In this document: positions 42,101-51,389 of the stretch, in pieces
Position numbering within the stretch: the first letter of the stretch is position 1
Layout: each line of letters starts with the position of its first letter
Position numbers and translations under genes: made by a program
Notes under the pieces: model-generated
The model's input: the letters and a program-made list of their open reading frames with translations, nothing else
Told to the model about the DNA's origin: nothing
The model's database searches: none
Assembly: GCA_910583605.1 (NCBI GenBank)
Contig: CAJTXN010000014.1
Coordinates: 3,797 to 67,796, forward strand
Origin: an uncultured Lachnospiraceae bacterium
GTDB lineage: Bacteria; Bacillota; Clostridia; Lachnospirales; Lachnospiraceae
DNA: 64,000 nucleotides
Direction: 5' to 3'

Positions 42101-42331
42101 TTACCGCAGTTTACCGGCAGCCCATGCGGCGTCGAAACTTAATGCCACTACCGGTTTATCTGTCTGCACACAATAGATAGGCAGTTCGCGTTTGGATGTA
42201 GTGCTGCTTACGGATATGTCAGCAGGCATATAGATAGAAAAAACACCTATGATTGCCAATACAAATATCCAAAATCCGGCACTAAATATCAGTCGGTTTA
42301 ATTGGTTTGAGATATTTTTTCCGAATCCCAT
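42101..42331 (-). CDS. pdaB: Polysaccharide deacetylase (PdaB-like), 5' part of the split gene
   Basis: TM anchor, RELPIYCVQTDKPVVALSFDAAW, then six element-derived codons and a stop. Confidence 0.88.
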   Translation of the reverse strand: MGFGKNISNQLNRLIFSAGFWIFVLAIIGVFSIYMPADISVSSTTSKRELPIYCVQTDKPVVALSFDAAWAAGKLR

Positions 42332-42358
42332 ATGTTACCTTTAATATCTTTTTATAAT

Positions 42359-42387
42359 ATTATATGAAACCGTCAGAGAGAAAATGA
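42359..42387 (-). promoter_or_regulatory. sigmaE-like mother-cell promoter of the pdaB-like gene
   Basis: Minus strand TCATTTT-N14-CATATAAT, compared with consensus TCATATT-N14/15-CATACAAT. Confidence 0.7.
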
Positions 42388-42403
42388 CTTTGGGACACGG
42401 GGA

Positions 42404-43780
42404 TTAAGTCATTCGTTCGGTAGAAGGCTCCGGTGAGTCTTCTTCCGAAGAAGTTTCACCGGAAGGTTCCGTGGTATCCGTTTCATCGTCGGTTTCTGTT
42501 ACCGGTTCCGTTGGCTTTGTTGTTTCCGGGGCGGAAGGAGTTTGTTTTTTCGTGGTTTCTTCCGGGATATCCGTGGTTTCGCTCGGTTTTTTTGTGGTTT
42601 CCTTCGTGGTTTCTTTTGTGGTTGTATTTGCTTCGGAAGTGGTTTCCTTAGGTCTGGTGGTGTCTGTTTCCGTTGGTTTTACGGTTTCTGTCGAAACGGA
42701 AGCCGAAGCCGTTACGGTGAGGATAATTGAAACAGATGCACTTCTTCCAAGTAAGTCGGTAACCGAAAATGTGACGGGATAGCTGCCCGGCGTATTGATA
42801 TCATAAGAACCGTTTACCATAATGGAGGATGTAATATCGTTTCCGCAGGTATCTGCAGCCGTTACATTGTTCCGAATGTCGTAACTGCTGCCGGCCGGTA
42901 TGGTGACATCGGAAGCGGTAATCGAAGGACTGCAGTTATTCCAAGGATTAGCGGCATCCGGATCGGTAGGGTCCCAGCCTGCAAAAGGACTGTTTTCCGG
43001 AATTTTGATAACGGAAGGCTTGCCCAGGGGTCCGGGACTGTCGGCATCGTCATATATGATTACGGTAGTCCCGGACGGACAGTTGTCATGAATCCATTTG
43101 GAATCCTGAACCGTCAGACGAATACAGCCCAGAGAGGCAGGAGAACCCAGTTTATTAAATTCCGCTACTTCCAGCTGGTCCTTGGACGGCCGGTAGCACG
43201 GAACGGAATGGAACAGAATGCCCCCGTATACCCTTGTGGCATATTGGGAATGGGTACCGTCAACCATCAGTCTCCAGTTGTATTTGGAGGAAGTGCGGAA
43301 GGTTCCCAATGGCGTATTGTTAATATATTTTCCGGTGGAGCATGCCATGGCTTTATACGGAACCGTAAACTCTCCGGCAGAATTTTTTGTATAAACGGTA
43401 ACACAGTTCAACAGCCGGTTGACTTTGATCAGATAGGGATATTCACTGGCAGGAAGTGTGGTCTCCGGTTCTTCGTTCTGGTCTTCCGGTAACGTAAAAT
43501 CCAGATCGGAAATAATATTGCCGTTTTTATCCGTTGCCGGTTCCGAATCCGTGGGAAGTGAGGAATCCGTTTCACGGGTGTTTTCCGTATCTGTGGTAGT
43601 AAAATCCGATTCGGCATAAAGATACTCGCTGCCGGAAGTATCTGTATTGTGTTCATTGGAATCGGCGGATGTTTTAACTTTGGAAAGTATCAATACAATG
43701 ATTCCGATTAATATAAAAGAAGAGGCAATTGCAATGGTGAGCTGCCTGTTCACTTTCAGTGTTTTAATAAAATGCTTCAT
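42404..43780 (-). CDS. L,D-transpeptidase family protein with Ig-like domain and Thr/Glu-rich tail
   Basis: TPLGTF, ILFHSV..ASLGCIRL; N-terminal TM segment. Confidence 0.9.
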   Translation of the reverse strand: MKHFIKTLKVNRQLTIAIASSFILIGIIVLILSKVKTSADSNEHNTDTSGSEYLYAESDFTTTDTENTRETDSSLPTDSEPATDKNGNIISDLDFTLPEDQNEEPETTLPASEYPYLIKVNRLLNCVTVYTKNSAGEFTVPYKAMACSTGKYINNTPLGTFRTSSKYNWRLMVDGTHSQYATRVYGGILFHSVPCYRPSKDQLEVAEFNKLGSPASLGCIRLTVQDSKWIHDNCPSGTTVIIYDDADSPGPLGKPSVIKIPENSPFAGWDPTDPDAANPWNNCSPSITASDVTIPAGSSYDIRNNVTAADTCGNDITSSIMVNGSYDINTPGSYPVTFSVTDLLGRSASVSIILTVTASASVSTETVKPTETDTTRPKETTSEANTTTKETTKETTKKPSETTDIPEETTKKQTPSAPETTKPTEPVTETDDETDTTEPSGETSSEEDSPEPSTERMT

Positions 43781-43919
43781 CTTAAATAATCTGACCTTTC
43801 ATAATTTGTACAATTCAGCCGGCCTTTTGGTTTCAGGCGGCAATTCATATGTTTCTCATGCTATAGGGTTTATTGTACAAAATATAAGAAATAAAGACAA
43901 GAAAAATTTTTGTAAACGG

Positions 43920-43997
43920 TTGACAAATTGAGGCAATATTGGTATTCTCTTGTAAGAACAACGGCGTTCCCTGACTGGCAGGAGAATGCCCTTTTTT
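43920..43997 (+). promoter_or_regulatory. glnA promoter and leader attenuator with an ANTAR-type hexaloop hairpin
   Basis: TTGACA-N17-TATTCT; GAAC-AACGGC-GTTC overlaps the terminator stem GGCGTTC.CCTG / CAGG.A.GAATGCC followed by a T run. Confidence 0.7.
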
Positions 43998-44036
43998 ATT
44001 TCTAAATATAAATTTTGATGTGATGGAGGTACAGGG

Positions 44037-45365
44037 ATGAAATACACAAAACAGGAAATTATTGACATGATTGAAGAGGAGGATGTAGAGTTTATCCGTC
44101 TTCAGTTTACGGATATGTTCGGCACCATGAAAAACGTTGCCGTAACCGTCAGTCAGCTGGAAAAGGCATTAAATAATGAATGTATGTTTGACGGTTCCTG
44201 CATTGAAGGGTTTGCCAGAATAGAAGAATCAGACATGTATTTATATCCTGATCTTGATACATTTACAATATTTCCGTGGAGGCCGCAGCAGGGAAAAGTT
44301 GCCAGATTTATATGTGATATATACAGACCAGACGGAAAGCCTTTTGAAGGAGATCCCAGATATATATTGAAACGGGTGGTAAAAGAAGCGGAAGCAATGG
44401 GATATACATTTGATGCGGGTCCGGAGTGTGAATTTTTCTTATTCCATACAGACGATAACGGGAATCCCACAACGCTGTCCCATGAAAAGGCCGGTTATTT
44501 TGATCTGGGACCGGTAGATTTGGGAGAAAATGCCCGCAGGGACATGGTACTGAATCTGGAGTCCATGGGATTTGAAGTGGAGTCTTCCCATCATGAAGTA
44601 GCGCCGGCACAGCATGAAATCGATTTTAAATATTCGGATGCGGTTACGACAGCGGATAATATTATGACATTTAAGCTGGCGGTAAAATCCATTGCAAAGA
44701 GGCACGGACTTCACGCAACTTTTATGCCGAAACCGAAATCCGGAATTAACGGTTCCGGTATGCATATGAATATGTCTCTGTGCAGAGACGGGAAAAATAT
44801 TTTTGCTGATATAAATGATTCCAACGGACTGAGCAGGGAAGCATATTATTTTATTGCGGGACTGATGAAACACATTAAGGGAATGACGGTGCTGACCAAT
44901 CCGCTGGTTAATTCCTATAAACGTCTGGTACCGGGATATGAAGCTCCCGTATATATTGCCTGGTCTGCAAAGAGCAGAAGTCCGCTAATCCGTGTACCGG
45001 TATCCAAAGGGGAAGCAACAAGGATTGAACTCCGCTGTCCGGATGCGGCGTCAAATCCGTATCTGGTTCTGGCTGCCTGTCTGGCCGCAGGACTGGAAGG
45101 GATTAAAAATAAAATGGAGCCGGTAAAAAGCGTGGACGGGAATATCTTTGCCATGACGGAAGCGGACAGGGAGGAATTGGGAATTGAGAATCTTCCGCAG
45201 AATCTCTGCGATGCCATAGATAAGTTTGAACAGGACGAACTGATTAAAAAAGTTGTAGGAGAACATATTGCGAAAAATTATATTGATGCCAAGAAAAAAG
45301 AGTGGCAGGAATACCGCGCACAGGTTACGGATTGGGAATTGGAGCAATATCTTCATAAGTTCTGA
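44037..45365 (+). CDS. glnA: Type I glutamine synthetase
   Basis: [46 protein letters not shown]. Confidence 0.97.
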   Translation: MKYTKQEIIDMIEEEDVEFIRLQFTDMFGTMKNVAVTVSQLEKALNNECMFDGSCIEGFARIEESDMYLYPDLDTFTIFPWRPQQGKVARFICDIYRPDGKPFEGDPRYILKRVVKEAEAMGYTFDAGPECEFFLFHTDDNGNPTTLSHEKAGYFDLGPVDLGENARRDMVLNLESMGFEVESSHHEVAPAQHEIDFKYSDAVTTADNIMTFKLAVKSIAKRHGLHATFMPKPKSGINGSGMHMNMSLCRDGKNIFADINDSNGLSREAYYFIAGLMKHIKGMTVLTNPLVNSYKRLVPGYEAPVYIAWSAKSRSPLIRVPVSKGEATRIELRCPDAASNPYLVLAACLAAGLEGIKNKMEPVKSVDGNIFAMTEADREELGIENLPQNLCDAIDKFEQDELIKKVVGEHIAKNYIDAKKKEWQEYRAQVTDWELEQYLHKF

Positions 45366-45447
45366 TCGTTAACAAATGTATGTGACCGGAGGTGATTCGT
45401 TTGAAAAAAGATTTCAGACTTTTTATTAGTGCTGCGGAGGGATAGGC

Positions 45448-45993
45448 ATGATTGATATAATAGTAGTATTTCCACAGATGAAAGACGGGCAGGGAATCCG
45501 GAATCTGCTGGTCCGGAACGGCTATCGTGTAGGTATTGCATGTACGTCCGGCGCACAGGCAAAAACCTATATGGATAATATCGATTATGGCATAGTTGTG
45601 TGTGGATATAAATTCAGTGATATGATGTATTCAGAGCTTTTTCATGATTTAGGCCCTACTTTTGAAATGCTTCTGGTGGCTTCCAGAGCGAAGCTGGAGG
45701 AAGGTGTGGCAGACGGAATCGTGTGCGTGGAAATGCCGCTGAAATCCTACGATCTGCTGAACACACTGGAAATGATGATGCAGGCGCTGGAGAGAATCAG
45801 AAAAAAAGGCAGGCAGAAACCGAAGGAAAGAAATATAGCACAAAAAGCCATTATTGATGAAGCAAAAAAACTGTTAATGAACACCAGGAATATGACGGAA
45901 GAAGAAGCGCATCGATTTATCCAGAAAAGCAGTATGGACAGCGGAACGAATATGGTGGAGACCGCCCAGATGGTACTTCAGATAATGCATTGA
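45448..45993 (+). CDS. ANTAR domain antiterminator with a degenerate receiver domain
   Basis: IDEAKKLLM..MTEEEAHRFIQKSSMD..MVETA. Confidence 0.9.
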   Translation: MIDIIVVFPQMKDGQGIRNLLVRNGYRVGIACTSGAQAKTYMDNIDYGIVVCGYKFSDMMYSELFHDLGPTFEMLLVASRAKLEEGVADGIVCVEMPLKSYDLLNTLEMMMQALERIRKKGRQKPKERNIAQKAIIDEAKKLLMNTRNMTEEEAHRFIQKSSMDSGTNMVETAQMVLQIMH

Positions 45994-46060
45994 TGAAACC
46001 TGTTAACTATTGAGTGGCAGCTGTTTGCAGCTGCATTATGAACAGATATGGAGGATTATT

Positions 46061-47275
46061 ATGTATAAGATTAATGACAATTATTTAAAATTGCCGGGAA
46101 GCTATTTATTTGCCACAACCGGCAGAAAGATTCGGGAGTTTGTAGAGGCCAATCCCGATAAAAAGGTTATCAGCCTGGGAATCGGTGACGTTACGCTTCC
46201 GCTGGCTCCGGTGGTAATCGATACCCTTCATTCCGCGGTGGATGAAATGGGAAAGGCAGAAACGTTTAAAGGCTATGCACCGGACCTGGGATATGAATTT
46301 CTGCGGCAGGCTATAGCAGATAACGATTATAAAGCCAGAGGAGCAGATATATCCATTGATGAAATATTTATCAGTGACGGTGCCAAGAGCGACTCGGGAA
46401 ATATTGGTGATATATTTGCCGAAGATAATAAAATAGCCGTGTGCGACCCGGTGTATCCGGTATATGTTGATACGAATGCCATGGCGGGCAGAACTGGTGT
46501 GTATATGGAAGAACGGCAGAAATGGAGTAATGTTGTCTATATGCCTTGTACGGCGGAAACCGGCTTTGCACCGGAGATACCGAAAGAAGAACCGGATATT
46601 ATTTACCTGTGTTTTCCGAACAATCCCACCGGTTCCACAATTAAGAAAAAGGAATTACAGGCATGGGTGGATTATGCGTTAAAAATCGGCTCTGTCATTA
46701 TCTATGATGCCGCATATGAAGCATATATTTCCGAGGATGATGTACCGCATACCATATATGAATGTGAAGGTGCAAAAGCATGTGCCATTGAACTGAAAAG
46801 TTTTTCAAAAAATGCAGGATTTACCGGAACAAGGCTGGGTTATGCAGTTGTTCCAAAGGAATTGAAATGCAATGGCGTATCACTCAACAGTCTTTGGGCA
46901 AGAAGACACGGAACCAAATTTAACGGTGCACCGTATATTATTCAGAGAGCGGGAGCCGCTGTTTATACGCCGGAAGGCAAAGAGCAGACCATGAATCAGG
47001 TGAACTATTACATGAATAATGCCAGAATCATCAGGGAAGGACTTTCAGAGGCAGGATATACCGTATCCGGCGGTGTCAACGCACCGTATATCTGGCTGCA
47101 GACACCGGATAAAATGACTTCATGGGAATTCTTTGATTACTTACTGGAAAAGGCCAATGTTGCAGGAACACCGGGGTCCGGTTTTGGACCGAGCGGGGAA
47201 GGATATTTCAGACTGACGGCCTTTGGCAGTTATGAGAATACATTGGAGGCGGTTGAGAGAATTCGGAGAATGTAG
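46061..47275 (+). CDS. dapL: LL-diaminopimelate aminotransferase
   Basis: [45 protein letters not shown] upstream of ATG 46061. Confidence 0.95.
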   Translation: MYKINDNYLKLPGSYLFATTGRKIREFVEANPDKKVISLGIGDVTLPLAPVVIDTLHSAVDEMGKAETFKGYAPDLGYEFLRQAIADNDYKARGADISIDEIFISDGAKSDSGNIGDIFAEDNKIAVCDPVYPVYVDTNAMAGRTGVYMEERQKWSNVVYMPCTAETGFAPEIPKEEPDIIYLCFPNNPTGSTIKKKELQAWVDYALKIGSVIIYDAAYEAYISEDDVPHTIYECEGAKACAIELKSFSKNAGFTGTRLGYAVVPKELKCNGVSLNSLWARRHGTKFNGAPYIIQRAGAAVYTPEGKEQTMNQVNYYMNNARIIREGLSEAGYTVSGGVNAPYIWLQTPDKMTSWEFFDYLLEKANVAGTPGSGFGPSGEGYFRLTAFGSYENTLEAVERIRRM

Positions 47276-47475
47276 GAAAGTTCCAGGTGTTCTGCTAAAA
47301 AGACAGCTATTCCCTGACATGGATGTCAGGGAAAGGTGAATTTGAGGCACGGATGCCGAATATTCACCGGTAGCGTCCGCCTTCGAACACCTGCCGCAGA
47401 ACAATTAGAACTTCCGCCTGTCCGGAGTGGAGTATTCCGGCAGGCTCCGCCCTGATAAGCTGCGTCCGGCAAGCA
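47275..47475 (+). repeat. Intergenic structured element, copy 2
   Basis: Core 47275-47415 aligns to 26803-26941 with compensatory changes; end motif CTGCGTCCGGCAAGCA at 47460. Confidence 0.8.
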
Positions 47476-47611
47476 TAATAATATAATCTCCAGTCATAAC
47501 ATTGCCTGAACCACATCCCTTTAAAGAAAATTTTAAAAAGTCAGTTCTTGACAAAGAAAATTAATCGATTATACTTAAAGTTAGGCTATTTTTAGAAAGG
47601 AAGTATTTACA

Positions 47612-48685
47612 ATGACAAAGATAGATATTATTTCCGGCTTTTTAGGGGCAGGAAAAACTACTCTGATCAAGAAACTTTTAGACGAGGGTCTGAACGGAGA
47701 GAAACTGGTTTTAATCGAAAATGAATTTGGAGAGATTGGGATTGACGGCGGTTTCCTAAAGGATGCCGGTGTGGAGATTACGGAAATGAATTCCGGATGT
47801 ATCTGCTGTTCACTGGTTGGAGATTTTGGAACCGCATTAAAAGAAGTGATAGAGAAATATGCACCAGACAGGATCATCATTGAGCCTTCCGGTGTAGGTA
47901 AATTATCCGATGTTATCAAAGCCGTGAACGGAATCATGGAACAGGAACCGGATATTGTTTTAAATTCAACGACTGCAGTGGTAGACGGGCTGAAAACAAA
48001 GATGTATATGAAGAATTTTGGAGAATTCTTCAATAATCAGGTGGAAAGTGCAGGCACCATTGTGATAAGCCGGACACAAAAACAGCCGGAGCAGGCATTA
48101 AAAGAGGTTGTTGCATTATTAAAAGAACATAATCCAAATGCAACGATTATAACAACACCATGGGACGAGATTAATGGTAAACAGATTTTGGCAGCTATGG
48201 AGAAAACAGGCTCTCTGGCAGAAGAATTACTGGCAGAAGCAGATGTGTGTCCGGAATGTGGACATCATCATGAGGGAGAGTGCAGTGAACACCATCATGC
48301 TCATCATCACGAAGGAGAATGCTGCGGACACGATCATGACCACGAACATCATCATGAAGGGGAATGCTGCGGACATGACCATGATCATCATCACCATCAT
48401 GCGGACGAAGTGTTTACAAGCTGGGGAGCCGAAACTCCGCGTAAATATACGGAGGAAGAGGTAAAGACGGCATTAGATAAACTGGCAAATACGGAAGAAT
48501 ATGGTGTTATCCTTCGGGCTAAGGGTATGCTTCCAAATGTAAACGGAGAATGGATTTATTTTGATCTGGTGCCGGGTGAATATGAGATCAGAACCGGAAG
48601 TCCGGAATATACCGGGCGAATCTGTGTAATCGGAACGAAACCGGATGAGGACAAGTTAAAAGAATTATTCTGTCTGAATTCATAA
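47612..48685 (+). CDS. CobW/COG0523 family metallochaperone GTPase with His/Cys-rich insert
   Basis: GFLGAGKTT, ENEFG, GCICC, EPSG, LRAKG. Confidence 0.93.
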   Translation: MTKIDIISGFLGAGKTTLIKKLLDEGLNGEKLVLIENEFGEIGIDGGFLKDAGVEITEMNSGCICCSLVGDFGTALKEVIEKYAPDRIIIEPSGVGKLSDVIKAVNGIMEQEPDIVLNSTTAVVDGLKTKMYMKNFGEFFNNQVESAGTIVISRTQKQPEQALKEVVALLKEHNPNATIITTPWDEINGKQILAAMEKTGSLAEELLAEADVCPECGHHHEGECSEHHHAHHHEGECCGHDHDHEHHHEGECCGHDHDHHHHHADEVFTSWGAETPRKYTEEEVKTALDKLANTEEYGVILRAKGMLPNVNGEWIYFDLVPGEYEIRTGSPEYTGRICVIGTKPDEDKLKELFCLNS

Positions 48686-48706
48686 ACGAAAGGATTGACG
48701 TTGTCA

Positions 48707-49657
48707 ATGAATAATGAGAGAGAAGTTCCGGTATATCTGTTTACGGGTATATTGGAAAGCGGGAAGACAAGCTTTATCAGAGATACATTAAATGACAGAG
48801 GATTTCAGAGAGGCGAAAAGACGGTTCTGATCTTGTGTGAAGAAGGCATTGAAGAATATGATGAAGTAGCATTGTCAAAAAAGAATGTGTTTATTGAAAA
48901 AGTTGAAAATAAAGAGGATTTAAATTCGAAGTTTTATCGGAAATGTGAAGAACTGCATCATCCGGAACGGGTAATGATTGAGTATAACGGAATGTGGGAA
49001 ATGGACATCATTGAGGAAGACTTCATGCCGGAGGAATGGATATTGGCACAGGTAATTTCCACCGTAGATGCTGCCACCTTTCCAATGTATTGGAATAATA
49101 TGCGTTCTATTGTAATGGAGCAGTTATCATTGTCGGATATGATCATTCTGAATCGCTGTACCAATGAAACAAAGCGAAATGATTTCCGCAGATGTGTGAA
49201 GCTGTTTAACAAGAAGGCACAGATTGGCTATGAGGCGGCAGAAGGATTTGAAGGTATGCTGGCAGAAGAAGAATTACCGTTTGATATCGATGCGGATATT
49301 ATTGAAATAGAGGATGATGACTATGGAATCTGGTATATGGATGCCATGGACAATTCCAAAAAATATGACGGAAAAGTAGTGAAATTCAACGGACTGGTAT
49401 TCCGGCCAAAGAATTACGCCAAGACTTCCTTTGTACCGGGAAGATTTGCCATGACCTGCTGTGCGGATGATATTGCATATATGGGCATGCTTTGTAAATG
49501 CAAAGAAGAAATACCATATCAGGATAAAGAATGGGTGACCCTTACCGCCAGGATTAAGAGAGAATTTGTTAAGGAATACAGAGGGAAAGGACCGGTTTTA
49601 TATTTGGAAAGCATAGAGAAATCCCAAAAACCGGAAGATGATCTGGTATACTTCTGA
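48707..49657 (+). CDS. CobW-like GTPase fused to a TIGR03943-like domain
   Basis: GILESGKTS, IEYNGMW, GRFAMTCCADD. Confidence 0.8.
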   Translation: MNNEREVPVYLFTGILESGKTSFIRDTLNDRGFQRGEKTVLILCEEGIEEYDEVALSKKNVFIEKVENKEDLNSKFYRKCEELHHPERVMIEYNGMWEMDIIEEDFMPEEWILAQVISTVDAATFPMYWNNMRSIVMEQLSLSDMIILNRCTNETKRNDFRRCVKLFNKKAQIGYEAAEGFEGMLAEEELPFDIDADIIEIEDDDYGIWYMDAMDNSKKYDGKVVKFNGLVFRPKNYAKTSFVPGRFAMTCCADDIAYMGMLCKCKEEIPYQDKEWVTLTARIKREFVKEYRGKGPVLYLESIEKSQKPEDDLVYF

Positions 49658-50772
49658 TGAAACGACTGAAACATAAAATTATAACAGGAATAGTGTGTCT
49701 GGCTGCATTGACAGGGATTGCCATTCCTGTTTCCGTTCAGGAAAATAAAAACAGGACGGTACATCTGTCCGGTTCGCCGGAGTCTTTAGGAAACCGGGAG
49801 TTTGAGGTACATTTTATTGATGTGGGACAGGCGGACAGTACGCTTATTCTGTGCGGCGGAGAGGCTATGCTGATAGACGGAGGAACCAATGAAGCCGGCC
49901 GTCAGGTTGCAGAGTATATTGAGGAACAGGACATAGACTGTTTGAAATATATGATAGGGACCCATCCTCATGAGGATCATATCGGTGGTCTGGATACGGT
50001 TATGGATTCCGTAACAACGGAAACACTTTTAATGCCGTCTTTGGAATATGATTCCAAAACCTATGAGGATGTTCTGAAAGCTGCCGGGGATAATCATGTA
50101 CCGATACAAAATCCTGTCGTGGGTGATACTTATTCGCTGGGGGAGGCAATTGTAACCGTACTGGCTCCGGTACGGTCCGGGTATATGGATATGAATAATT
50201 ATTCCATTGCGGTACGGATTGATTACGGGGAAACATCATTTCTGCTGACCGGCGATGCGGAAATCGAAGCGGAATATGATATGCTGGAGACCGGATTAGA
50301 ATTAAAAGCAGATGTACTGAAAGTAGGCCATCATGGTTCCGATACTTCTACATCAGAAGGATTTATCCGCGCAGTATGCCCATCTTATGCGGTGATCAGT
50401 GTGGGAGCCGGTAATTCTTATGGACATCCGACAGCACAGACTATTGAGAGGCTGACGGAGTACGGAGTAATATATTATAGAACGGATGAATCGGGAAATA
50501 TTACGGCATATTCAGACGGAAAGGATATCCGGTTTGAAATAAACGGAAAGACGGTATCGGAAACAGAGCCGGAATCCATGACACATATGGAAGAAAATCC
50601 GACAGTAATTTCTAAGATAACATATGTTATTAATATAAATACAAAAAGATTTCATTTACCGGAATGTGGTTCTGTGGAAGAAATGAAGGAAGAGAATAAA
50701 CAGTATCCCGAAACCGACAGGGAGGAGTTGCTGAAACAGGGATATCTGCCCTGTGGGAACTGCAATCCGTAA
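49657..50772 (+). CDS. ComEC/Rec2-type metallo-beta-lactamase-fold hydrolase with C-terminal metal-binding motif
   Basis: FIDVGQAD, THPHEDHIGG, TGDAE, KVGHHGS, FHLPEC..PCGNCNP. Confidence 0.9.
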   Translation: MKRLKHKIITGIVCLAALTGIAIPVSVQENKNRTVHLSGSPESLGNREFEVHFIDVGQADSTLILCGGEAMLIDGGTNEAGRQVAEYIEEQDIDCLKYMIGTHPHEDHIGGLDTVMDSVTTETLLMPSLEYDSKTYEDVLKAAGDNHVPIQNPVVGDTYSLGEAIVTVLAPVRSGYMDMNNYSIAVRIDYGETSFLLTGDAEIEAEYDMLETGLELKADVLKVGHHGSDTSTSEGFIRAVCPSYAVISVGAGNSYGHPTAQTIERLTEYGVIYYRTDESGNITAYSDGKDIRFEINGKTVSETEPESMTHMEENPTVISKITYVININTKRFHLPECGSVEEMKEENKQYPETDREELLKQGYLPCGNCNP

Positions 50773-50900
50773 CAAACACAAAAAGAAACTTACATACAGT
50801 TTTTGTATGTGAGTTTTTTACTTTCTGCAACTTTTTTATGAAGTCATTCGTATTACTTATGATTGGAGGAAATCAGTTAAAAGTTTATCTGATAGTAGCT

Positions 50901-51389
50901 ATGACAAGAGAACAGTTTGAGACATACTTTAGAAAGTATCATTCAATGGTATACCGGGTTTCTTTTGCCCAGGTGAAAAATCATGCGGATGCAGAGGACA
51001 TTTTACAGGAAGTATTCGTCCGCTTGTTGTGTTATGAACCGGATTATGAAAGCCCGGAGCATGAAAAAGCCTGGATGATACGAACAGCTTTAAATTTATG
51101 CAGGGATTTATTAAAAAGCAAATGGCAGAGCACACGTGTAGAAATGGAAGAGATTCCGGAACAGGAAAAAACATATTTTAAGCTTCCCGGTATGGAAGAA
51201 GACGATACATTATGGGCGGTAATGAGTCTGCCCGAAAAATTCAGGAATTGTCTGTATTTATTTTATTATGAAGATTATTCAATCCGGGAAATTGCCGTCG
51301 CTCTGAATATGAATGAAAATTCGGTAAAAGCAAACCTGAAGCGGGGCAGGGAGCGCTTAAAAAGGATATTAGGAGATGAAACGATATGA
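50901..51389 (+). CDS. ECF-type RNA polymerase sigma factor
   Basis: DAEDILQEVF, KAWMIR, LFYYEDYSIREIA..SVKANLKRGR; start uncertain. Confidence 0.9.
   Translation: MTREQFETYFRKYHSMVYRVSFAQVKNHADAEDILQEVFVRLLCYEPDYESPEHEKAWMIRTALNLCRDLLKSKWQSTRVEMEEIPEQEKTYFKLPGMEEDDTLWAVMSLPEKFRNCLYLFYYEDYSIREIAVALNMNENSVKANLKRGRERLKRILGDETI

Larger units (their letters stand above)
35037..42126. mobile_element. Outer skin-like serine-recombinase element interrupting the pdaB-like gene (7084 bp)
   Basis: CCCATG direct repeats at 35037-35042 and 42121-42126; inner flanks form an inverted repeat; excision restores a 261-aa ORF. Confidence 0.92.
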
